From Utricularia gibba (lineage: Eukaryota; Plantae; Magnoliophyta): a stretch of 64,000 bases of DNA. The notes under the pieces are model-generated. The model ran no database searches. It saw only the letters and a program-made list of their open reading frames with translations, and was not told where the DNA came from. Shown here piece by piece: positions 1 through 16,302 of this stretch. The stretch covers positions 6,510,001-6,574,000 of the forward strand of contig CM007989.1 in NCBI GenBank assembly GCA_002189035.1. Reading direction: 5' to 3'. The translations under genes and the position numbers were made by a program. Each line of letters opens with the position of its first letter. Position 1 is the first letter of the stretch.

Positions 1-68
1 TTTTGTAACGACCAAGACTTCATGGTATGGAAATGAATGAGAAATAAGACATATAGAATAATGCGTAC

Positions 69-1248
69 GTTCTGCACAGATCCATAAAATTAGCAAACAC
101 AGTCTTCTTTGTGCCTTCACGAAGAACTTGGGGTGGCCTCATTACTGTCCGGCGCCGATCTCCAGCAAGCTCAGGATTATTTTCCCTAAGGAAGTTGACA
201 ACTCGGCCAAGAAGCTGGATTGCAAACCAGATATTATCAGCATGCTATAGAGAAGCCTTGATAAATTAAGAACAAAGCGGGTAAAACATAAATCTAATTA
301 ACCTCTTCATACTCATAATCACGGTCACTTCCCTCCCATGGATATTGCTGCAAAACGATTCCCTCTCCCTCCTCATACTCCAAGGATGTATCTAATGATT
401 TAGTAAAAAGAACTATATTCACTAAAAAGTAACAGAAACGTTGAAAATCATAAATCCCAATGAATTCCAACCATCCAACTCTTCAACAATGGTTTCTTCA
501 TCTTCAAGTGAAAAATCAGCATGACCCTGAAAAAACACACATCAATATTTCACAGGAGACTGTGCTTTGAGGATGAAAATTTTTAATAAAGCAGAGAAAA
601 ACCACTCACGGGTTTTTTCTTCTTCTTCTTGAGACCCGAAAATGAAGTTTCTATGCTATCAGAAACTGCATCGAGAAAAGATAAAAAGTTACCTCCACGT
701 GACAAAAATAATAATGAAAAACAACATCCCACAATTGCCTTCAACTTTTACCTGATAAGTTCTCAGTTTTCTCAACAACAGCGTCCAGTGCTCCATCTTC
801 TCCCAGATCTTGAGCAACTGGTTTCTTCTTCTTCTTCTTCTTGGTTGGGTCAAAAGAAACTATCTGGAAGAAATATCACGACGCAAAATAAGCCTTTAAA
901 AATTCGAAACTTCTGATAAGTTGAACCTCATTCTAAAGAAAGAAAATTGAAGTACATAGAAATTCTAATTTATAGGAGAGTACAATCTAGTATGTCTATC
1001 AGTTACCAAGCCTTGATTTCCAGATTTTCAATACAAAATACATGATAAATGTGGAAATGAACTCATTTTCATGCACGTCTTCTGCAAGTGTCCTACTATA
1101 GTGGTAAATCAATTGATCATCTTTAAAAAGTATTACAAATGAAATGAACATCTCAAAAAATTCGTCTGCATAACATTTCGAAGCGACTTACATCAGCAGT
1201 GTCATCTTTAATCTCCCCGATTTCCTTCTCGCGTACTTCATCCGCCAT
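69..1248 (-). CDS. EIF2S2: Eukaryotic translation initiation factor 2 subunit beta (5' part; gene continues beyond the left edge)
   Basis: GT-AG exons 1192-1248, 752-863, 610-665, 472-526, 303-391, 69-214 splice in frame. They give MADEVREKE...FDPTKKKKKKKP...SGLKKKKKKP...[61 protein letters not shown], with poly-Lys boxes and the conserved eIF2-beta core. Confidence 0.95.
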
Positions 1249-1917
1249 TATTTCTTCAAATCTGTGTCAAATAAACTAAATTCGGTAAATTTTGTTAGCA
1301 AGAGCAGGAGTTCCACGCACACAACATAAACGAATGTCGACATCCATGTGAAGGAGAAAAAACCCAAACTAACATTTATGACTCACGTCAGTGCATCGGA
1401 AACATGTATCCAGAGAAATAAATAACTATATCAAAACATGAAGCAAATAAAGTCCTGGACACCGATAACGCGCGCCACACTGAATACTTCCCATTCTACC
1501 ACAAACAAAAACCCTAGCGCAAATAACCCTAGGGCAGAAGCATCCGGTACCAGAAATCCAGAAAGAGGAGTGAAAACGCACAGAAAAGCAGTGCTATAAA
1601 GGCAAATTTCAACGAAGAATTTCTAAACCTTACTTCGCAGGGCGCGGCGCAAAGGAGAGACGACTCGCTCGAGAACCAGCAAAACGCTTCGTTCAAGCAG
1701 TACAGTGGATATATTATATATACGCAAAAGAAGAATTTTTTTTTCATGTTAAGAAGTATTTATTTTTCTAATATTAGATATTTGTTTATTTATTAACATA
1801 AATTTGGTATTTCAAATATCCATATAAAAAATAATAAAATAATTTCGGCATTTCAACATTTGGAAATAGAATTTTCATACCCGATATTGGAAAAATGTAA
1901 ATCAACATTATTTATAT

Positions 1918-2241
1918 GGGATTTTTACTTCAAATATACATAAATTTTAAGTTACTTACATCAAATATATTTAAATTTTTATATTTACTTCAAATATATT
2001 TAAACATTCATTTTCCTAATATAAAATGTGATTTATCAGCGCGTGTATCTACCTGCCCCCAAACCAGAAATTTTTACTTGGGATTTTTACTTTAAATATA
2101 CCTAAATTTTAAGTTACTTATATCAAATATATTTGAATTTTTATATTTACACCAAATATTTTTAAAAATTTATTTTTTATATAAAATGTGATTTATGAGC
2201 ACCTGTATCTAAATGCCCCTAAACCAAAAATTTTTGCTTGC
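1918..2241. repeat. Tandem duplication, about 162-bp unit x2 (includes the left TIR)
   Basis: gggatttttacttcaaatatac...ccaaaccagaaatttttactt at 1918-2079 recurs with substitutions at 2080-2241. Confidence 0.9.
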
Positions 2242-2300
2242 TAAAATTTTCAGAACCCTAAATATATAATGAAGATGATATTGCTGCATTCAACATCGAC

Positions 2301-2570
2301 ATTGGACTTACATTGAAGAAGAAAAAATAGAAAATAAATAATATTGGTAACATTTTATTGACAATGATTGACTTGTTTTCTTAATTATTAATATCTATAT
2401 CTTGTTGATAATTTTTACTGCATTTGGCAATAAAAATTAGACTTACATTGAAGAATAAAAAAATAGAAAATAAATTATGTTGGTAACATTTTATTGACAA
2501 TGATTGACTTGTTTTGCTTAATTATTAATATCTATATCTTATTGATAATTTTTACTGCATTTGGAAATAA
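2301..2570. repeat. Tandem duplication, about 135-bp unit x2
   Basis: attggacttacattgaagaa...tttttactgcatttgg at 2301-2435 recurs nearly identically from 2436. Confidence 0.9.
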
Positions 2571-3266
2571 TGGTAAAATATTTATATTTTTTTGTTAATT
2601 TTTTTAATGTATAAATAATATTGTTAAATACATTTGGAGTAAATATGAAAGTTTGGATATATTTAATGTAAGTAAATTAGAATTTAGGTATATTTAAAGT
2701 AAAAAGCCCTTATTTATATTTTTACTTTATAATTTTCTCATTTTTATCAATTTTTGTAAAGAAATATTTGGTGCAATAACCATGAATCAATTAATTAATA
2801 ATGCTGTTCATTTTTAACCTAAAATAGTTATATTTATTACATTTAAATTAATTATATTGTTTAATATTATTTTATTTTTAATAAAATATTTTGGTGAAAT
2901 TACAAAATGTGCATTTTCATTATAACATTTTCAAAGTCTTACAATTGTATATTTAATTTGAATAAATAATGTAACTAAGACATAACATAAAAAAATATAT
3001 AAATATAATTATATATAATGTATAAATAAAATAGGAAAAAGAAAAAAGGAGAAGAGGAAAAAAAAAAACAGATGGGTAAATTTATATGTTGTACGGAGTA
3101 GTAGATTTGATAATAACTCCCAGTCTCAGATCCTCCACTACAGGAATCTTTAATACACAACCATTGCGGAAAACGAAAATCACATGAGACTTGGTTTCAT
3201 GTTCACCAAAAGCACGATAACAGATGTCAGGCTGCTTTTCCCCTTCAACTAGACCATATAACCCCA

Positions 3267-4351
<1,085 letters not shown>

Positions 4352-6726
4352 CAAAGAACCCTAGCCCAGACAAAAAGAATAATAGTAATAACAAAGATCC
4401 ATAACCTCACACACCCAACAGGAAATTCGCACAAAACACATCCACATCCTGTCAAATATCCAACGAGCAGAGACGAAATACCGCGACACAGCAGATGCAG
4501 ACTTGAGTCAACAGAAATGAATAGGATGGCGGTAAAATGGAATCTTACGGAGGAGAGGGGCAGAGAGATTTATGAAAGGAGGGGGAGAGAGGAATCCGGC
4601 TCCGGTGACCGGTACGAGACACGACAACTTGCCGGAAAATGGCGTCCAGTCCACGCAGACTCTGGTCGCCTCTATCGCAGACGCGCTTTGCCTTAGCTCC
4701 GGCTACTTAATTCTTGAATGCAGATTCAAATTTCGAAGCTTCCTCGCTGAACGTCTCTCACCTTTTTATTTATAATTGTAAATTTTTAATGTTAAATAAT
4801 CGATTTTCAAATATTTCACCAAAATTGACCATCACACACGTCCTTCGGGTAAATTTTAAAAATATATTACTAAAATAACCCTATATAATAATTATCATCC
4901 ATACACATAATTACATAATTATAATCATATTTTGCTATTATTTATATATTCAAAATATTAAATAATGTTGTAAAATATATAAAATTTCTGATAAATCATA
5001 TTTAATACTGTTAATCTATATTTGTTAATCTTATTATAAATTTATTAAATATTCAAGATATTCAGAAATAATATTAACAACAAAATGCGTCAATTTCCAT
5101 GTTTTGAATATCAATCTATTAATTATAGATATTTATTTTATTAAATAAATTTAAAGTTAAATTTAAAATTTAGAACTACTTGAATTTAATATAAGCTTTA
5201 TTTTATTTAATAAAATATATATCATTATATTAATAATTTTTTTTATCATCGTTTCTAAATATTGAATAATTTATAATTGACAATGGTCACTTCCTCTTCT
5301 ATGTTTTTTTACTTGTACTTTACCATTTCCCAAAAAACACAAATGCCACCTTTTTTAGTATATATATCATGTACCCAAAAATATTTAAAGAGGGAGTTTG
5401 ATGAAAAACAACAAGAAGAAAGAGCTTGTTGAAGAAGATGAAGCTCTTGTGGTCTTCTTGAGTTTGTGGTCAATTATTAGTGTTTAGTCTTCTTCAATAA
5501 AGTTTTTTTTCTTTTTTGGAATGGTTTCATTTGATAGTTAGGTTTTTTTTATTATTTTTGATACATGCTTGAAGGGTTCATCAAGGAGGAATGAATCAAG
5601 TCCTCTCATTTCCTTTGCATATTTATAGAGTGTAAAAAATATTTAAGAACATGAGTGTAGAGCCTAACATGATCATCATGAAAAAGGTTGCATAGACAAA
5701 TATTCAAGAACCCTTGGATAACAAAGATTGTGCATAGATTAAAACTTGAAGTCAACTCCATCCATGTTCCAAGCTAATGGAGAAATAGATGAAAATCTTC
5801 ACATCAATTCCAGTTGAGGGATGAACTTTTAACCCCTTTCAATGGAGAGTTTAGAGTGAAAATGACATGAAATTTTCTGATGAAATGTTTTGATAAAATT
5901 TGAGTGAAATAAATGATGATTGTTAGAGATAAAGTGATGAAATATTTGATATATAAAAAATGAGAGAAAAAATATGATGTAGAAAAAAAGAAATATATTA
6001 CGAAGGAAATAGAAATAATAAAATAATGAAGATTGATGTAGTTTTTCTGAAAAATCTATAATTGATTAGACTTATTCATGACAACAAGCAGAGTTGTTGG
6101 ACATCCTTACTAATGCGTGTCTTTTAGTTGTCTTCTTCTACTTAAAATGATAAGAATGGAAGTGGCTTAGTTGGAGCTACAAAAGATGTTGTAATATTTT
6201 TATTTTTTTAGAAATTTTACTTCATTATTAATATTATAGATTTGTCACCAAAACGACATGATGAGCTTCATGAATCTCAAATGGTTGAGATAGATTATTT
6301 ACTAGGTATTGATGAACATGATTTTAGTGGAATAACAAATTAAGTGACTTATTTATAGATGGGATTTCTCTTCACCCTCTCAAATAAATCTCTCTTAATT
6401 TTCTAATGACACAAATCTAAAATATAATGTATGATTTTAAACTTATCTAATGGCACAATTTTTCATTATTTTAAATTTGCCTTTTGTTTTGTCATTGTTT
6501 TTTTTAAAAAATTCAAAATAATCAATTTAAATATGCAGATGATATTTATTTATTATTTTAATGTTTTTTTAACCTTATAAAATTAACATCATTAGGATTG
6601 GGTATTATAATTTCAATGTGTGGCTTAAAAAAATATACATTATTTAAATAATTTTCTCTATACAACAATGTTTAAAATTTATTTGAAAATATGAAAAAAA
6701 TTAAAACTAATTTCATAGTACTATTC

Positions 6727-7157
6727 AAAAAATATGACAATGTAAAATTATTTTGAAAATAAAAATAAAATGAAATTAATCTTCAATTATAAAAAATATT
6801 GGTAGAGGTGGGTACGGGTCGGATCAAAAATTAAGTGTCTGACTCGACGGGTCAAACTCATGTGGGTAGAGTGCTTAACCCGACTCATACCCGGATAGAT
6901 TCTTATCGTTTTTAAAAATATAATATATATTTTTATTATAAAATGATGCACTCGATCTTTATAAAACATAAGTATATATTGTATTATTTTTATTAAAAAT
7001 AAATGATACATTCGATTATTATCGTTTCTAAAAATATAATATAGTTTTTATTATACAATGATGCATTCGATCCTTAGAAAAAAATATGTCAATGTAAAAT
7101 TATTTTGAAAATAAAAATAAAATAAAAGTAATCTTCAATTTTAAAAAATACTGGTGT
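6727..7157. repeat. AT-rich direct repeats (about 75 bp x2, about 58 bp x3) around a cgggtc-rich MITE-like fragment
   Basis: aaaaaatatgacaatgtaaaattattttgaaaat... occurs at about 6727 and 7078. ttatcgttt...atgatgca.tcgat units occur at about 6901, 6960 and 7017. A TAGAGGTG start at 6803 resembles an hAT-MITE end. Confidence 0.55.
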
Positions 7158-7387
7158 CGAAAAAATATAATTATATTATTTTTACTATATGAAACTATAT
7201 TTATTATTTTATAACATATTTCTCACCTCAACGTAAGGTATTAAACACAGAAATGAAAATAGGGTAGTCAGGCAACCTGTGTTTTGAAAAAATTACTGAT
7301 GCATGGATGTAATTAATTATCAGAAGGTGAAGGAGTTCCATAGACCTTGTCACAATCCAATCGCCGTGTATCACTTCACTACATTCA

Positions 7388-9334
<1,947 letters not shown>

Positions 9335-9599
9335 GGATCGTGGATTTCAGGCGCAAAACAAATGTGTGATAAAGAGCCCTAATTTGTAACGCCGAGTCCA
9401 CGACGACGTCGTTTACGGTTGTCGTGTGAGCCCCGTCATCCATTGCCAGGTAACTCGAATGAGGGGCTTCAAATTTCAATGGGCCAGGCCCAAGATGGCT
9501 ACAAAAGCCCATATGTAATCCATTAGTATATACAATTCACCGGAAACCCTCGAAATCCATTCTTGTTGGTCGGCCGCGGATACTTCATCGGATTTCGCC
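9335..9599. promoter_or_regulatory. Compact bidirectional promoter between RPT3 and RPL10 with site II (TGGGCY) and telo-box-like motifs
   Basis: The two ATGs are 265 bp apart, head-to-head. TGGGCC about 9480, GGCCCA about 9488, AGCCCA about 9507, AAACCCT about 9544, GCCCTAAT about 9375. Confidence 0.7.
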
Positions 9600-10838
<1,239 letters not shown>

Positions 10839-11630
10839 GCTGCTCCACTCTCTTCTCCTGTGGAATTGTTTCTTGTGTCTTCTGAACACCTCTTTTTTTG
10901 TTTTCGTAAGAGTACGGGCGTATCATCTGAACATTATGACACTCTTGGATCCTCTGATTTTATCAGTTCAAATGCGTTTTTATTTTCTCGATAAATACCA
11001 ATTTTTTTTTAAAAAAGAATATCATGTCAATATCCAATCAAAATACAGTAAAATCAAAAGTCATATTTATATTTAATATATTTCTACATACGTTTTAGTT
11101 ATTATTTTTTATTCTCAAAATGAAAAATTAATAATTCAATACATTTATTGTTTGGTTTTCAAAATTAATATATAAAATCATTATTTTAAAAAATAACCAA
11201 TAAATATAAGATGAATCTTTCATTCTCATTCTAATAAACTTTTATACATACGGAATTATGGTGTTCGTTTTTTGAAATAGATTTATACTAAATTAAATAT
11301 AAAAATATTAAATTTAAATAATTAGTTTTATTTATCACATATTTTTATAATCAATTAAATTGGCCAAATTCGATTTCTAACAAACTTCTTCTCAAATGTG
11401 AAAATATTGACAAACATTCAACCTTTTACGCAATGCAAAATATGAAATTTTCTCAAATTTCGAACATTGTCTAAGAGAGGATGCTCTGTTACAAGACAGG
11501 CATTGTGTTAACAGGGAGCGGGGGAAAGAGGGATTTTAAGTCATCAACACAGAGCAGCACCAAACATATGACACTTATTTGACTTGTTAATCAGCAAACT
11601 TAGTGGTTGGGCATGCGGCATAAGACTCCA

Positions 11631-12679
11631 TCAATATCTGTGCTCCATCTTCTCCCTTTCCTTGTACCACTGAACATACCTGTATTCAAGCAAAACGAAT
11701 GCGATTACAAGTGTACCAATCATCAAGGAGCTTAGAGAAGAAAAATCTACAATCTCCAGGACAAGACTCAAGTTAATTAGAAATTTTAAGAAATGAATGC
11801 CATCTTTCTCACAAGGAAGAAATAAACCTGAAGCGCCTAAAACATGTACAGCACACACAAGGAAGAAAAGAGACCACCATGATTCGAGAACAAAAATTGC
11901 ATGTCAGCAAATTGATAGCATTCGAGAAGAAAAAATTGCATGTCAACAAAATAAACTGTCATTCAGGAAGTGTGATCAAGTTGTATGGATTAACCAAAAA
12001 TGAACTGAAGCCCATGATGCAGGGACTTGAGGTTTCAAATATGATGGGAGGCACTGTATATCCCCCGTGTTCTTAGATATGTAGATTATTCAGTGATTAA
12101 GGCTCTAGCTTGGCAACAACCAAGGTGATCCACAAAGCGAGAATAGCATCAATCCATGTGATATCAATAACGCAAGCAAATGATAGTCTACCGGAGCCTG
12201 CTAACGGGCCCTATTTTCCAGTACATCGTTTCACCACAAGCTGACAACCACCATCCACACCCAAAACACAGATATCTTCCCCGGTAAACACTACTTCCCA
12301 AAAGGGATTAACCAGAGGATGAAGATCTATGCACCCAAAACAAACAAATGCATCAAATTTAATCCCATCTTAACTCCATTACAACAATTGGAAACAGGGT
12401 CCGATAACGACAACCACCAATCCAGATCACAAAAATGGAAAAAAAAGATTCCCAGGTATCCAACACAACAACACATCTACACTATCGGACAAACGAAGAG
12501 AACACTTACGAATAGGTGCCGATGAGAGGGGCAAGCAAGAGAGTCGCGCTGAGCCAATTCTCGGACACCTTGTGAGAAATCTTCCCAGGCAAATCCTTCC
12601 ATAAGCCGGGCATCACCTGCTGCTGGAACGGTGACAACGCGTAGATCACCGCCTTCAATCTCACCGGCTGCTTCCCCAT
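11631..12679 (-). CDS. QCR8: Cytochrome b-c1 complex subunit 8, 72 aa
   Basis: Exons 12510-12679 and 11631-11679 give MGKQPVRLKAVIYALSPFQQQVMPGLWKDLPGKISHKVSENWLSATLLLAPLIGTYSYVQWYKEREKMEHRY*. Confidence 0.93.
11882..11950. repeat. Short tandem duplication (about 38 bp x2) in the QCR8 intron
   Basis: attcgagaacaaaaattgcatgtcagcaaa versus attcgagaagaaaaaattgcatgtcaacaaa. Confidence 0.8.
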
Positions 12680-13339
12680 TCCCCTGTTCGATTCCGCACC
12701 ACAGACCAACTAGGGCTCCAGAAACTCCCCCATTTAACCACAAATAATCACGTCAAATTTTTTTTTTCCTTATTTCACATCATTATTTTAAATTTAATTT
12801 ACATAATTTAATTTTCATAAATTAAGTACCTGTTCTGTTTTTTAAATTTCTTATTCAATTATGTAGAATAGAATCAAGCTTAAGATTATATGAGTTTTAA
12901 ATTGTAAAATTATTTTGTAAAATAACATAAAATTATATTATAAAATTTAATAAAATAAAATATATATGATAAATTTAATATATTAAATTATTATACAATT
13001 TAATATTAATATATATTTATATTTAAAATAAATAAAAATTGAATATTATAATTTTTCTAATTAATATCTTATTTAATCTGTATTTCAGAGATTTAATAAA
13101 TTTAATAATTTTTGAAATTAATCACAGAATATAAATTTTTAATTTGATTATAAAATTACTAAATTGAACAAAATCAATTCAAAAAATGCATAAAGCATAA
13201 TAGGCCCTAAATTTTTAAAAATAACTTTTTATTACACTTCCAAAATTTGAAAGACTTTCGTTGGAATATTAAAATAAATAATAAATTTATTAATAAAAAA
13301 TAAAGAATAAAAAGACAGCGGCATGCCCCAAACTCCAAT

Positions 13340-15158
13340 CTACCAGGCAGTGTTGGGACGTTTGATACCAGTAGAAGCGAAGGGGAACCTTCTTCTCCAA
13401 CGCTTCTCAGCATCGCCAGCTCCCTCAGCTGCTCTTTTTTGTACACGTCCTGCGACTCCTCCTGCGTTTCCACCACTCAAAAAGCTCGATAAACCAAACA
13501 CCAGCGCCTGAGTCGTTCAGGATCTTACCACAGGCTTCAGCAGCTCTTCAATGATCTCCTTGGCTTGTTTCAGACGGATGTCCGCGGTACCGGCCGGTGG
13601 TTTTGCTGCTTCTGCTTCGATCAGGATGTGCAGTGGCTCGCTCAGATGTTCATAGCCCGGTTTGCCCCTCAGGTTCTCCTCCTGAGGTGAATAATGTATG
13701 AAAACTGAGATGAGGATCAGCTGCATCAGTACGTTTTACCTTCTCAGAATCTTTCAGCGAGCCTCTTCCTCGTATGAAGACACGGCAACCAGTGGAAGCC
13801 TCCACCCGTTTCAGAGAATTGCCTCTGGGACCAAGAAGCCGCCCCACGAAATTGAACTGTTGATGAAGAGTGGATCAAGGGGGTATCAGAGAATTGGAGT
13901 GTAATACCATTAGGGGCGCCATACATTCGGGTATGCATCAACGGGGATGTCCAGGCGCAGCATTTTCTTCACAGGAAATGAACTTGGACTCCCGGGAGGC
14001 CTCCAGTCCGGCGGCTTACCCTCCACACCATTTAACCACTGTTAGCAGGAATCTCAGGTTTCAGGTTAAGTGGTGATCCAAAGTGTGGAATGAAAAAAAC
14101 CAATGATAAGAATTCAGTGAGATGGGAACTTACCTCCGAGTGCAATCTGCTCCAGCCATTCCAGTTCCAGGTGCTTAAAGGATGCTGGCCTATAGGATTA
14201 GGAGCCATCGCTTCCAAGAAAGGTAAGGGACTGTGTAGTCTTTCATAGTTGGTAAAACCATGGTTCAATATTCTTCCCGAAAGTCTCATTATTTCTGCAA
14301 CTTGCAAATGGTTATAAATCTGAAGAAATGAAACCACATAGAGACAAGGTAGCATGACAGGGATGAAGAGGTATTGATAGAAACAAATCAGCATCTAAAC
14401 ACCAACGTGGCATTTCAAGATGATGAGAGAAATATTTCTATCTGGATGGGCAGAAAGCAACAATAGAAACAAAAGAGAGAATGAGAGGCCAAGATCACTA
14501 AAGCAGGTATCCTTGATGCCTCATCCAAGAAAAATCCAGTAGCTCAGACCTATTGAGGTGGCTCTCAAATAGACTGCTAGGCTATAAACATTGCATGAAA
14601 CAGCAAGAATGGGGTATTGCCAAAACGGGACATATGAAAAGTATATGCAGAGGCATTGAGAAGTAAGCACATATTCAATGCTTCCCACCTAACACCGGCA
14701 ACCACCAGAATTATGCACGTCTCCGAAAACCAACACTCACAATCCCATTCACTCCTAGTAATTGTCGGAAAAACGAGACAGAGAATATTTGGATGCCATT
14801 GTTGCTGCTTGAAAACAATAACAAAGGCACCAGAGAAAAAACCTGCAGCAGAGTAGCAGATCCAAAAGTTGAAGGCAGGAGGTATTAACCTTGATCCAGG
14901 AGACGACTACAAACGGGCAGCGCTTGCATGAATGGCGCCAGTTTCTGCCTTTCCATCAGCAACTCGGACAAATACTGACTGCAGCCAATCAAAAACACCA
15001 AATGCACATATGACCCACATAAAAAACCTAGCAATCAACAATCCTGAACACAAACTACGAAATCTAAAATACCTCTCCACATCGGCCATAGTTCTCGGAC
15101 GAGGAGAAGGGATATTTGTAGTAGGGGAGAAGTTCTTCTGGGCGTACAAATTAGCCAT
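13340..15158 (-). CDS. STAR/Quaking-like KH-domain RNA-binding protein (SPIN1/At3g08620-like)
   Basis: Spliced [12 protein letters not shown]...[29 protein letters not shown]...[47 protein letters not shown]...[18 protein letters not shown]...QLRELAML. The family-type C-terminus needs +1 nt at 13382-13385. Confidence 0.92.
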
Positions 15159-16104
15159 GAATTATACATAAAGAATGTGATGCGCTAAACAGTCTACAAA
15201 GCCAAAGAGACGAATGAAGAAGTGAGCGAGAATTCAAAGAAATAATAGTGCATTGTCAAAACCCAAAAATCTCTTCAGGAAACAGACCAGGCCTTCTGCA
15301 ACGGAGAAGTGCGGAATGAGAACCCTCCAGCGGCAAACAAACACACAGTAAAAAAGTGTACTCTTTTCACAGCTTCGATGAGCTGGAGGCTTCAATGGCT
15401 GTGGGGGCAAATACAAGGAATCCATCATGTGGGTAAACATAAAATTCATCAGTCAAAAATCCAATAGTTTCACCATGACAAATTTACAGTTAAGGTAGAT
15501 GGGAGGTTCGTGGGGTTGAGCTTTGAATGCCATCTTCAGAGATTACGTCATCGTATCTTCGCCTCTTTATCGCCCCCTCCCCTTGCCGATCGGAAAATGA
15601 CGAAAGGCTGAACGGCGCTAATTGCCAGTCGCTTGACAGGAAAAATGAAATTACAAGAATATATTTTACATTATAAATGATTTTTTAATTAATATAATTA
15701 AGTAAAATAATATAATTTTAAAAACAAGGTAAATGCTTTTATTAAATTTGTACACATAATTATTCATATTAACAATTAATATTAAATTCAGCATAATTCA
15801 ATTATTAATTTGGATCCCACTCGCTTCATGTAATCAGTTCAGATAACCCAACGCCGGAGTACGTGTTCCGCCGCGGCGCCGGAGTCCGATGTGACTGGTG
15901 GAGCACAATTTCTAAGAAAAGTGCGTAGCAGAAACAAGTCCCAGATTAACCAGGTATTAGTGATGGAGATTACAAGAGAAGCGCGATAACGGCAACCGGA
16001 TAACAGCAGGGATCTGAGGAGCTTCCGGCTTCGGGAATCGCCGGAGTAACCAGAGCTTTTATGGAAGGTATTCTTTCGAGATGGAAGAAGGGAATAAGCG
16101 AGAC

Positions 16105-16302
16105 GAAGAGAGGGAGCTCCCTTCAGTCCAAGCACAGGAAAAGCGGGACTGAAAATTCGTCTCCCGCATCATTCACTCAGCAGCAGTAGCACCAAATCCA
16201 CCTGCGCGTCTCAGTTGTCTAATGCCTGTGAGTGAATGAGTCGGCAGCAAATTCATGTCCCGCATCTCCCCCGTAACTGGACCAAAGGAAGCTCTCTCCC
16301 TC
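16105..16302 (-). ncRNA. MIR319: miR319 precursor hairpin (mature miR319 at 16111-16131)
   Basis: The minus strand contains TTGGACTGAAGGGAGCTCCCT (canonical miR319) and the star arm GAGAGCTTCCTTTGGTCCA (about 16278-16296). It also has the conserved loop-proximal miR159/319 duplex CTGCCGACTCATTCACTCA / TGAGTGAATGATGCGGGAG. Confidence 0.96.

Larger units (their letters stand above)
1918..2709. mobile_element. Mutator-like non-autonomous element (MULE-type MITE)
   Basis: About 85-bp TIRs starting GGG (1918/2080 versus reverse complement at 2625-2709). Identical 10-bp flanks TTATTTATAT at 1908-1917 and 2710-2719. No ORF. Confidence 0.75.

Noticed and set aside
4847-5379. Possible TIR pair (gggtaaatttt... 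/ ...atgtaccc)
   Set aside because: Similarity is weak and AT-driven, with no TSD.
5383-6480. Moderately complex intergenic stretch that may be a decayed TE
   Set aside because: I could not recover any protein motif, TIR or TSD.
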